Source: Ramazzottius varieornatus (Eukaryota; Animalia; Tardigrada). From it: 64,000 nucleotides of DNA. The stretch lies in contig BDGG01000001.1 of the NCBI GenBank assembly GCA_001949185.1, positions 2,559,324-2,623,323 of the forward strand, written 5' to 3'. The notes under the pieces were generated by a model, which did not search any database, was not told the DNA's origin, and saw only the letters and a list, made by a program, of their open reading frames with translations. The translations under genes and the position numbers were made by a program. Shown in pieces: positions 27,206-38,907 of this stretch (its first letter is position 1; each line of letters opens with the position of its first letter).

Positions 27206-27885
27206 AATACATTCCCTGCCGGAAGTCGCACGAAGTAACCCAACCATTTTTACTGAAGTGCTGTATGTTGCTGCCTATTACTGCCTGAGCGGGGGCTGTA
27301 CCGGTGATAAGTAAATTTGTCCTCATGTAGTTGACGCTGACAAAATTTTCGAGCTTGGAGGTTTTAGGTCTTGCGATGAGAAATTAGATCATTGGCCTGT
27401 TGGCAATCCAAATTACGCAGTGCTGGAATAGCAGCAAAAATCTGTTGTCGCGGGAGAGTGATCAGGTTCCGGGAACGGAGGCTCCTTTTCCCACCTCAAG
27501 CAATCAGGCGGGCACACTGGGCAGTGACGTGCAATCATCGCGCATGACAGTGCAAATCTGTCCCCGGTGGTAAAGTAGTTTATCCAGGTACCTGCTACTT
27601 GAACTTCACAGAGATGGTTTGATATATTGATCAAACGGGTTTACCGTCCTAACAGAACACGTAAGAGCAAGGCGCGTCTAGGTGGAAGGCATTCAGACCA
27701 AGTCTGCTTCGTCATTATTAGGTTGTCGTTTTTTACAACCCACCTGATAACGGGCCAAACAGGTAGAAGGCGACTGCGGCACCGAGTTCACGCTGAATAA
27801 ATTCTCTCAAGGTTCTAACCCACATGCAACAGTTTATCTTGAATTCCAGCAGCCTTCGTTCTCTCCCTTTTATCACAGACTAATA

Positions 27886-28740
27886 ATGGCGCCCAACTAT
27901 AAACTGACGTACTTCGATGCGAAAGGACTACTGGGTAAATGTCGCTTTCCGAATTACGAGGGCGAGACGCGGTTCACGGTGTTGGCATATCTTACAGCAT
28001 AACAAACCTTCCTCGTTTGTTTCAGAACCCACTCGATACCTCTTCGCATACGCTAAGGTGGACTACGAAGATAACCGCATCAACCGCGATGACTGGCCCG
28101 CCATGAAGAAGTCCATGCCATTTCGCTCACTGCCCATCTTGGAAGTCGATGGTCACACTATCGGAGAGAGCAACGCGATCGGACGGTTCGTGGCGAAGCG
28201 CACTAACCTTTACGGGCACGGTGACATCGAGCAAGCCAAAGTCGACTCCCTCGTCGACTTTCTGGAAGGTACCGTATACCCTTCGAACTAGCTCGGCCAT
28301 ACCGCGACAGTGTCGGAGAACGTGATTTCCTGCGTGCAGACATTAAATACGCCGGTACCGGACTGATTTCCATCTTTCGTGAGCAAGACGAGAAGAAAAA
28401 GCAGGAAATGAAGGAAAAGTTCTTCAATGAAACTCTCCCCGACTACATGGAAGTCCTGGAGCAACACCTGCAGAACAATAATGGCGGAAAGGGGTTTTTC
28501 GTAGGCTCTAGTCCTACTTGGGCGGGTAACTTGACTGCGTCACCGGTAGCCGAAACTCCAGCTACTATAAATTTGCTGTTCCATTTAGATTTCTCGATTG
28601 CTGTAGCAGTCGACAGACTGGAGATGTTCCAACCGGGATATTTGTCCAAGTACCCGTTGCTGTCCGCCCACAAAGCCCGTGTGGAAGACCTGAAGGGCAT
28701 CAAAGAGTGGATTGCCAAACGCCCGAAAACCGCCACCTAA
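27886..28740 (+). CDS. Glutathione S-transferase, sigma-like, copy 1 (4 exons)
   Basis: MAPNYKLTYF...EPTRYLFAYAKVDYEDNRI...LPILEVDG...WA|D...IKEWIAKRPKT. Confidence 0.93.
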
Positions 28741-29788
28741 AGACAGCAACCCCGCCCTTGCCGCAAGTAGCCAAGATTCCTAAATACTACAGACGTTGTA
28801 TTCTTAGCTAGAATGCTCCCTCTCCGAATGTCCCTCTGCAAGCGCTTGTGCACCGTGTTGCTGTAGGCCCACGTACTGTACACAGAACAATGCAATAACA
28901 AAAAATTAAAAACAGCCTTCCTGAAGCCGATTTCGCACCATTATCTGGACAGGCGACAAACGTCGTAAGAGATTCTTCGTCCTGTCACTATTAAGTAGTC
29001 GTACCACCCGATTACCGAATCAAGTCGAATTTCGGTCAATAAAGTCACTGAAAACGAGGCAACATTCCCTTATCTCAATCCAGGGCTACGTATACTCTTC
29101 CAGTAACAGTCCGCCTAATTCACCAATACGAGCGGCGGTAATCTCTGTAACACGGAGGCGATGGGGTTTCCCGGTGTTGTTAATCCTTCCTGCTCACAAG
29201 TCAGTTCCGCATGGATTACTGGGAGTGGGTGAATGACAGTACACATCCGTCTGTAATCGATAAGCTATATAGAGCAATTTATCCATGTACCTGCTGCTTA
29301 TCATTACACAGCATTGCATATATATGCATACTCATAAAAAAAAGCGCAGCTGAACCATTCATCCTTTCTTGTCACATCAGACACAGTTGATCAAGAAGCA
29401 GGCGGTTCGATCACGAGTACAATCCAGCCGAAAGAGTTCGCTGTATATGACGGTTACTTCAGGTACGTGTACAGGCACCGTACAATACGTGCAAACCTTT
29501 CAGAAGTGAGAACCTTACGTTTCGGTTATCTGACACCTGTATGTCAAGCACTTTGGGGTAGGGTAAGTGGGAGGCTCAAGTAGTCCACATAAAGGAGCCA
29601 TGACGTACTGATTTTATTATGTTCGATATTTTCCACGCTGCGCCTGCAAGATCCATTCTGCTTAGTCCGATTGTAAACCTTGAGCTTCAAAAGGCGGACG
29701 CAAAATCAGATCCCATTGCACAGATTCCTTCAAGCTTCATCGTTGAGTTCCTGCGTTCTAGTTTTCTTCCTGCCAGAGAATCGGAAAC

Positions 29789-30757
29789 ATGGCACGCGGC
29801 GACCCTAACTACAAACTGACGTATTTCGATCTCCGAGGCTTATCGGGTAAGTTTTCACGGTCTCTTACTCGAGCAGGAAGTTAAAAGCTTATTACTCCAG
29901 AGCCGGTTCGCTACCTTTTCGCCTACGCCAAGGTGGAGTACGACGATAACCGTATTAAACGAGAGGACTGGCCGGCGATGAAAAAGGACATGCCATTCCG
30001 AACGCTGCCTGTCCTGGAGGTGGACGGGCAAACCATCGGTCAAAGCAAAGCTATCGGACGGTTCCTGGCGAAACGCTTCAACCTCGTTGGCCAGGATGAC
30101 ATCGAACAAGCCAGAGTGGATGCTTTGGTCGATTATCTGGAGGGTATTTTAATTAAGATCCATTCTTGAAAACCAACGTACCAGTGTTTGCATAATAGAG
30201 GATTAATTAATGGCACACAGATGTCAAACACGCCGGCGTTGGTCTGATGACCCTCTTTCGGGAACAAGATGAAAAGAAGAAACAGGAGATGAAGGACCAG
30301 TTCTTCGGCGAAACTCTCCCCGACTACATGGACGTTCTGGAGCAACACTTGAGGAGCAACAACGGCGGGAAAGGCTTCTTCGTGGGCTCTGGTCCCACTT
30401 GGGCGGGTAAGCTATTCAGAACGTTAGATGGGACGTGACCGGGGTCGTTTTCTCCAGTGGCGCACAACATCTTTGTTATTCAACAATAGTGTGCGCCGCT
30501 CGGAAAAGCGATCTGGTTCGAAGCATTTGCCTGCATCTCAAATATCATAAACCTCGAAATCGAGGGTTCCACTTCGTTTCATCTAGAGGGTGTGTTCTTC
30601 TTCAGATTTTGCCGTGGCTGTATTCATGGATGCACTGGACAAGTTCCAACCGGGCTTTTTGTCAAAGTACCCGTTGCTGTCCGCCCACAAAGCCCGTGTG
30701 GAAGACCTGAAGGGCACCAAAGAGTGGATTGCCAAACGCCCAAAAACCGTCATGTAG
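29789..30757 (+). CDS. Glutathione S-transferase, sigma-like, copy 2 (4 exons)
   Basis: MARGDPNYKLTYFDLRGLS|EPVRYLFAY...GQSKAIGRFLAKRFNL...KEWIAKRPKTVM; same intron positions as copy 1. Confidence 0.93.
30438..30517. mobile_element. Palindromic mini-element copy D, in GST copy 2 intron 3 (30407-30605)
   Basis: accggggtcgttttctccagtggcgcac...gtgcgccgctcggaaaagcgatctggt. Confidence 0.65.
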
Positions 30758-31244
30758 ACACAGCACGCATCGTCCCCGTAGTCTCTCCGAGCGATCTCAC
30801 TGTAGGAATACGGTATTTTCTCGTACTGCAGCCAATGAGTTCATCATCTAGGTCGAAAGCTCTCTGCTTCGAGCAAAAGCAACTTACTATTAATATTTAG
30901 CAGAGTCCAGTTTTTCCGTCGCTAGTTTATCCGCAACTCAACGAACGAACTGAAGATTTTCTTTCCATCTAGCACTTCCCTTCGCACCAGGTTTTTTTTT
31001 ACCATCCGGGGTGATGTGCATCTTCATCCGGAAGTGCCGCGTTATCGAACAGTGTAAATCATCCACTGCAGGAAGGGCGCGGGAGATTTTTTTTAATCGG
31101 AAGATAAGAGAGAGGGAGAGATTCTCCCCAGTCTTAAAAGCGACTGGGAAGAATAGTGTCTCGTTCGCATGAACGAGGCTCCGCGAAGTACTGCCTGCAC
31201 CTTATCCAGGCACCTGCCCTGTTCGCCAGTCAAAATTACGTAAC

Positions 31245-31279
31245 ATGCGTCAGATTACATGATATGTAATCTGACGCAT
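31245..31279. repeat. Perfect 16-bp inverted repeat with 3-nt loop
   Basis: atgcgtcagattacat-gat-atgtaatctgacgcat. Confidence 0.9.
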
Positions 31280-31755
31280 ATTCACGATTCAGCGACAGCT
31301 GAGCCTTTTCTTCACGATATACAACGTGCAATGTTTTTGAGTTAACGGGTTCCCTGTAATGTGCGACCCAGCAGAACCGCTCTAATGCTGTCCTAGTGCC
31401 GCACATTTGAATTATAACCAGCACGTCAAACACTCAATCAGTTTGTTGAATACTTGAGCCCCACGAGTATGTACAGGGTGTTAAATACATAAAAAACTGC
31501 CGATGAGCTGTTTACTTTGCAAGTTGGATATCCGCCCCGGAGTTTTCTTGTTTAATCGGATGCTTCGTCCTGATTGGATTGGCTTTCGCATGCTCAGGAC
31601 TGCCGTACACCGAGATAACACAGGTCTGGATCAAAGCCAAGGGTGTCAGTTACATCGATTTACACGAGGGAAAGCAGCTAGCTGATATTTTTTGAAGCTC
31701 GATTCGCTTTTATCCTGTCGTCTTTTCCCAGTCGGTATCCCCGAAGGAAAAGACG

Positions 31756-32646
31756 ATGGCTCGCAACGATCCCCATTACAAACTGACGTACTTCAACTTC
31801 AGAGGATTAGCTGGTAGGTGAAGAACGGACCTGGGTACTTATTCCTTGTGCATAAGATGCACTATTGTCTGCTTCAGAACCTATTCGGTTCCTTTTCGCG
31901 TACGCGAAGGTGGATTACGAAGACAACCGCATTACGCACGAAGAGTGGCCGGCCATCAAGAAGACCACCCCATTCCGTACACTGCCCATCTTGGAAGTCG
32001 ACGGGCAAGCCATCGGGGAAAGCAATGCCATCGGTCGTCTCCTAGCGAAACGCTTCAACCTTTACGGAAAGGATGATATTGAGCAAGCTAAAGTCGATGC
32101 TCTGGTAGATTTTCTAGAAGGTAGGTACCGCACGCATCATTTCTTTACGACTGAGACGCGCAATATGCATTCATATCTTACTTGTACACAGATGTCAAAC
32201 ATGCTGGTGCCGGTATGGTTACCATATTCCGTGAGCCAGATGAGAAGAAGAAACAAGAGATGAAAGACAAGTTCTTCAGCGAGACACTTCCGGATTATAT
32301 AGAGGTTTTGGAGCAACACCTGAAGAACAACAACGGCGGAAAAGGGTACTTCGTGGGAAACAGTCCTACTTGGGCGGGTAAGAAAATTAGATTTCACTGC
32401 GAGCTGGCCGCACAGAGATTGCAGCCCTTGCGAGAAATTTGTGGGTACTTATCCGGGTTCCATGTGCCTCAAACACATGCTTCTTCGCTATTAGATATCT
32501 CTATAGCTGTAAGCATGGACAGACTAGACAGCTGGCAACCGGGCTCGGTGTCGAAGTACCCATTGCTTGCAGCCCACAATGCCCGTGTGGAAGGCCTCGA
32601 AGGTATCAAGGACTGGATTGCCAAACGCCCGAAGACGCCCATGTAA
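31756..32646 (+). CDS. Glutathione S-transferase, sigma-like, copy 3 (4 exons)
   Basis: MARNDPHYKLTYFNFRGLA|EPIRFLFAY...IKDWIAKRPKTPM. Confidence 0.93.
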
Positions 32647-32924
32647 GAACGCAGCCGTTTGAATTTCCACCGGTTTCGGTTAGATGATTGTCATCATCAG
32701 TGTGCGTCGACATAGCCAATAGGACAATCGAATCAATTCTGCATTCCCGTTTCACGCACTCAACATTATGCTCCTTGCACTTTCTTTGGTTCCACATATG
32801 TCTAAAATCTAAACGTCGAACTCAAAGGCATGACGTCCTCATGAGAATTAAATTATCTAGACGGGAGACCTTGTAACAAGTAAAATACGTTTTTCCGCGT
32901 ACATCCGGGTTCGCCATGGCACTG

Positions 32925-34710
32925 CTATCTACTCGTCGAAGGTTTTCGAAGGCGTTTCACAGGAGGAAGTAAAGGTGGCGGCGTCGGCATCTTCTCGATA
33001 AGTATTGCATCCACAGGATTTACTGTCTTCTTCCTACTGCCCGAAGAATTCGGTTCGGATGATCGTTTGCGATCCAGTAGGGTGTTTCGCTTCTTGGCCA
33101 GCCCAGTTTCTAAAAAGTCAAAAAGTTTCGACTAGACGATCCAACCTGTCTTCTCAGTTTTCTACAGCAGCAAACATACGACCGGATACCGGTCTTACCT
33201 TTATCTGTCGTCTCAGCCACGTTTGATCGTCCAGACAATGAGAGAGTCAGTTCTGCCCTCTTACTTACTACCGTTCCATGACTGCCTTCTACCTCATTCG
33301 AGTCTTTGAAGAAGAATGCATCCTGAAACACAGCAGCATGGTAGACGTCTGACGTCCGTGGCGAATGTCACCAGACATCTCAGGTAATATTTTGCACTGG
33401 CGAAATTTCATTCTAATGATTCTACCGATGTGCGTGGCACTGTACCGTAATGCAGGTAGGAACGTTGTGCTGTGAGATATCGAAGTCCGTTTCCCATTTC
33501 CTATCCAGGCTTTCAGACCGTAAATGCAGGAGTCTGGGGTCAGACGGATCCGCTTCTAGTACGCCAACCTCGGCAAAGAACGGCGTGTCTCCCACTTGTT
33601 TCCTCGGTAAGTTGAAACTTATCGCCGGAAGTTGCAAATGAATTCCCTGATCATCTGAAAACCAACAAGCATGAAGATAACATATTATAGAGCACCTTCC
33701 GACAACTCAACCACAGTCAGCAAAGGACTTTCACCGGTTACCTCGGAGCTCATCAAGAAGTCTCGTAAGGTCTCTATCCAGTGCCCGAGAGTTTCCTTGG
33801 TTGAGATGTGGACGTCGCATGTCCTTCCGGAACTCCCGAAGAGCGGAGGTATCCGCTGCCGTCGTCGAAGGCAAGGGAAGAGCGACTGGGTAGACAACAT
33901 CCGTGCGCGGACCATGGTCGTTCGCTATGAAAGGCTAACAACACCTACCGTGAGGACCTCATCAACCGGTCCGCGAGCAACATGTTCGATAAAAATACCA
34001 GCGACTTACCGTCAATCCACCAAGCAGAGCATCTATGGCTTCTTTATCCAGATCATGCCCTTCGTACGTTCGTACTCGTAGTCCCGGTTCGGCTCCGGGC
34101 ACTTCCTAACGACAGCAAACGTTTACATTTCCGGTCCGCATTACCTGCATCCATTTGCGCACTCACTTCGTCTTCGATGGATGCTAGCGTGAAGGGTAAC
34201 AGACTGATATCGGGAACATTGCTTCGCGGTTTCTGCCGTGCCTTCGCTGGTTGTTTTTTCGGCTTCTCGTGCACTAAAGGAAAAAGAGCGGAGGTGACGC
34301 GAACTTACCTTGTATTACAAGTAAAAGCGTCAGTACCTTTTGACGCGCTGGTTACGCTAGCACTCGGAGCATTCTGTGCAGGATTGTCAGACGGAGCCAC
34401 GGAGACTTCTGCAGGTGCCGATGCAACATCGGGGGTTATCACATCCTCTGGTTCAAAAGCCGTTTCCTCGAGCAGTGGTGCTTCTATTGGCCTAGACAAG
34501 ATCAGATTCACTCGGAATACATTAGACGGACAAGCGCTTCGAGATTGACATATCATACAGATTAATCACTTACAGCTCACCATATGCCGCGTCCATGTTC
34601 AGCTCGAAGAGTGCTTCCAGCTCGCACTCGCTGTCATCTGGAAGACTTTCTGAAACAGGCATCTTGTGAAGAGGACGAGCTCTTCCTGCCCTCGATGTCG
34701 AAGCCTCCAT
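32925..34710 (-). CDS. Orphan multi-exon protein, acidic N-terminus and basic NLS-like C-terminus
   Basis: ATG at 34710 (MEASTSRAGRARPLHKMPVSESLPDDSECELEALFEL...). Hand-joined GT-AG exons stay in frame to ...KKRNTLLDRKR...PPVKRLRKPSTSR* at 32925. No family recognised. Confidence 0.6.
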
Positions 34711-35237
34711 AGTGTCTCGTCGATCCCTTCAATACGTCTGCGCAACGCCACGTCCTGCAGATCCTTTGGCCCACGACACCCTGGTCTTCGACCCAAGAAT
34801 ATAGAGGTTCACGCATAGGGACTTCAGAGACGCTCGCGTATCTGACTCAGACTGCTCAGACCTTCCACAAAACTTAAAAGCTGATTAGAGGAAGAACGTT
34901 TTGTGACGTAACTTGACGGTCACAGATGGATCCACGGTACTCTTGACGACCGTCACGTAGACTCAATAATGGTTTCTATTTAAGAATTTCTTCCACAGAA
35001 TCGCAATTTATATAATGAAAACCAAAACAAACGAGCAAAACAACTCTCATCTTTCTCGATTTCTCAAAACTTAAAGTAATTCCAGTTATCCTGTTCCACT
35101 TCCGTTGGAAATTTGTTTGAAACTTTGTTAAATTTAAATCCACCAACTTTCCTTTGCAGGGAAGAACGGATATGGTTTGCTGCGGTAAGATCAAGCTGTC
35201 CGTTGTCGGAGACTGGAAGGATTCGTTGTAGATTGTC

Positions 35238-36447
35238 ATGGAGAAATCGAAAAGCAGTGGACCATTCTCTCGCGGAGGCGCGAAGCAAGCCAGTAGGAAC
35301 TTCTTCGATGCTGATAACGACGACGACTACTCGTCCTACTTCAAGAAGAAATCATCGAATCCTTTTGACGACGAGGACGACTGGGGCACACCTGCTAGTC
35401 CAGTGGTCGAACGTGGCAAATTCACCCCTTCAGACCAGCAACGTGCATATTCAGATCTCCCATCTCGTTCAAATTACAACTACGGTTCGAGACCTCTTAA
35501 TCTTCAAGCATCACCTACAGAGGTCCCGTTTTCTCAGCAAGAAACGTACCAGCAAAAGATTCAGGCTATCAACGACCGAACGCTAGCCACAACAACGAGA
35601 TCATTGCAGCTAATAGACGAAAGTGAAGCTGTGGGAACAGCTGCTGCTCAGGTTCGCCTTGGTGACCTTCCTTCCACAGTTTCTCAAAGTCACCTGTTAG
35701 TTGTTATATGCTGTAGATTGAGAGCATGTCTCGTGTATAATAGGTTGCTTTTCGGAGCTCGACGGACAGACTCAACACGATCTTATTTCCAAGTGGTGCA
35801 CGCTGTCGGCCAACAACGCCGAAAGCGTGCGCCACTTGAGAAGACAATATTGTTCAGAATACAGTACTAGTATTCGTTTTATGAAATCCGTTTGTCCTTT
35901 GCAGGAATTACTCGCACAAAGAGAACAGCTCGAAAATGCCAGCAAGAACCTAGACAACATGAACGCCACACTTGACCAGTCGCAGAAGCACATCAACCAC
36001 ATTCGAAGTGTTTTCGGTGGCATAAAGAACTGGTGGTCGTCGAAAGGAAGCGCGGAAGTTCCCACTAATTCTCCTCCGAGTTCTCAGTCCAGCGACAAAC
36101 TGCGAGCTGTTCTGGAGACTTCCCCATATGCCACAGTCACAGATAACTCTATGAGATCAGTGTCCTTGCCGAATGATTTACCAAGAACCCAGCTACCACA
36201 GAGAAATACAGCGCCTCCGTTCAGAGAACCTCTCAACCCGAGACAGCAGGCGGAAGTGGCGCTTGACCAAAACCTAGACCACATGTCTGCCGGTTTGAGC
36301 AGACTGAAAATGTTAGCGGAAGGTCTGGGTGGCGAGATCGAAAGCCAGAATAAACTTCTAGATAATATAAACCCGAAGGCCGAGAAGGTGGAAGCAAAGA
36401 TGGGCGAACAGCAAAAACTGATTAACCGAATACTCGGCAAAAAATGA
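35238..36447 (+). CDS. SNAP29: Synaptosomal-associated protein 29 (Qbc-SNARE)
   Basis: Exons 35238-35651 and 35905-36447; N-terminal NPF motif; SNARE1 ...ESEAVGTAAAQ|ELLAQREQL...SVFGGIKNW; SNARE2 LDQNLDHMSAGLSRLKMLAEGLGGEIESQN. Confidence 0.93.
35781..35844. mobile_element. Palindromic mini-element copy E, in the SNAP29 intron
   Basis: tcttatttccaagtggtgcacgct...agcgtgcgccacttgagaaga. Confidence 0.7.
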
Positions 36448-36729
36448 AACAAGCGACGTAGTCATTCTGCTGATATTTCTTATATCTCCGGTGCTTGTAC
36501 GTTCTTCGTGTACAGGATAGCGTGTGATCACTCGGTACAAGTTGATACATAGATAAAACGAGAATGGTCAAAAGATTAGGTCGATGTTTCGTTTTGGAAG
36601 ATCCGTTGAGCTGAAATTTACAAAATAAAGCACGGCAGTCGCATCACAAAACCCAACTGAGTGGTCAAAGAGAAGGCTTAAAACAGGAAGCAGGAAACGA
36701 GGAAAGGTTAAAGTCAGTTTCCGTACAGT

Positions 36730-38067
36730 TCAAACCGTCTGGTGGCCTGTAGAACTGTTGAGTTGGGTTGTCAGATCCAATATTCGCGAGGACAGGAAGG
36801 CATTTCGTTTGCGAAGATACAGAATCTCATCGGCTTGCTTCTCTAACAGATTCTCCTTAAAGCCTTCTTCCCTATTTAATGACACGCATGTGTTATAGTC
36901 AATACGGAACCAGAACTCACTAGATAACTCACTTCACCCCGACACGTTGTCCGATATTCGCCGAAGACTGAAGTATGCGCTCAGTGTTAAGGTTGTCCTG
37001 CAGGACATCCGGAAGTGCTCTTGCCTTGTTGAACTGACGAGATATATCTGCAAGAACAGTAGCGTAAAGCATTTAGAACTGAGATCCCGTAAAAAACAGA
37101 GGAACCTTCGCATACTCACAAATATACCGGAAGCAGAGCGGTATCAAAACAGCAGCTTGAAGGCAGCAGACAATTTGGAGGATATCCGCTCGTGTAAACT
37201 GCGCGCCGCATCTAACTTGATCCGGACAAAATTGTTCGGTCATCACTGCAGCGAACAGGAAGATACATGATGCTGCAAAAAAAGAGAAACTGAAAGTTCT
37301 TGTTAGCCGTAGACATGAGCGAGCTAGCTGACACTGATGAGCACGCACCTGTTGCTACAATGATCACAGGGAGCTTTCTGTACTTTCGAGTTCTTCGATA
37401 AAACTCCAAGTAGCCCAACGATCTCGATGCCGAATGTATTCTGCGCAGCAGACTGTCGGCTAGTAGTATCGCGAAGAAAAGGATGATTTGCAGGTAGGAA
37501 ATCCATGAGAAGGCTGTCACTCCAGAGCACGTAACTGGACATACGACCGGAAGTACGAAAGAAAATATCACGTCTAACACCTGGAAACAGAAGTAACAAT
37601 ATTCAGCGTTCGCATAAAGCTGAAATGACCAAGATGCGCTTCCTTAATGCACTACCCACCACGAGTAGGATGATGAAAGACACGACAGGGACAGCTGGAA
37701 CAGAACGAAACTTGTAGGCGCCTTCTTCGTCTCCCGCATTCAAGGCCACCGTTGACGCGAACATTCCAGCAGCACTCATGTCCCAGAAAGCGATAGCATC
37801 TGGATCGGGTAGAAGACGGTGCGCAGCGTCCGAACTTCTTGCAGCAGCTCTGCTCATGGTTCTTGACCGAGGTTCATCATCCGACAAAGCCTGCATGAAA
37901 AAACATTAGAGAATGTATTCGTCAATCAGCATCCCTCATTTACTTGAACAACTCTATCCGCGGATGAATGCCCTTCCCCAGCACACGTAACTCAGTACGA
38001 CAATGTCTTTAGAGGTGCGCTTGGTACTTACCGTTCGAAAACTAGTGTCTGAGTTCAAGCTGACCAT
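36730..38067 (-). CDS. TMEM192: Transmembrane protein 192 (lysosomal)
   Basis: MVSLNSDTSFRT|ALSD...; RSLGYLEFYRRTRKYRKLP; QFNKARALPDV; C-terminal LLEKQADEILYLRKRNAFLSSRILDL. Confidence 0.85.
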
Positions 38068-38907
38068 CCTACGCGACTACGATGATTTCCGCCGGAAATA
38101 CTACAGTAAAGATCGCATTCGCATTCACGGTGAGCTGCCCACCGTCAATGGCCGATCTACAGACAACGTCTGTGACCCAGAAATCCAGTCGCAATGTACC
38201 GTCGACGTCCTCCGAAACTAAGCGAAAGCGAGATGACGTTGAATGATCGAAGTGGGAAGATGGGGGTCAGATCGCGGATCAAAATTCGTAAACGACGCGT
38301 AGGATTTTACTAACTGTGTTACAACTATGTGACATCACGCATTATCCACGTCACACAGGCTGGTGAGCCAGAAAACAATGGCATGTTATATCCTTTCACG
38401 ACCTGTTTTCGCAATGTTGTCGTTTCGGACTACGGAATGCCTGGTCCGAGATCCTTTTGTATCGAGATTCGAGAAGACCACAGAGCAGAACTTCTTCTGT
38501 TGGAGCGACGTCTATAAAAAAAAACGAGCTTATCTGCGGTTGACAGTGTGAAGCGACTTCCTTCTTCCTCCTTGGCTTCCTTTTCGTGTCTCCCTTTGTA
38601 CGCAGTCGACGACGTCTACTGGGACTATCGAAGATACGCGGAGGGATGACTCTGTCAGGTTGTTCCATCACTCTTCTTTCGATGGTCGGATGACGAAGTG
38701 AAGTTTCAGGTTAGTTCTCTCGCGAACTTCTCTGCGTGGTACATGCATGTATATGCCACCTCGTTTTGAACTTTTGATCTCTCAGCAACCTCGAACACCC
38801 CTGAAACGAGAAGTTTTGTGTTGTTCTTGTCCAGTGATCCCAGTCAAAGTACTCTTATCTTTGTGTGCTATTTTTTGTAGCCCGATTATCTGTGAGAGTG
38901 TAGTACC

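Noticed and set aside
27544-27554. ARE-like ATGACAGTGCA upstream of GST copy 1
   Set aside because: Short degenerate motif expected by chance every few kb; I did not find it upstream of the other two GSTs.
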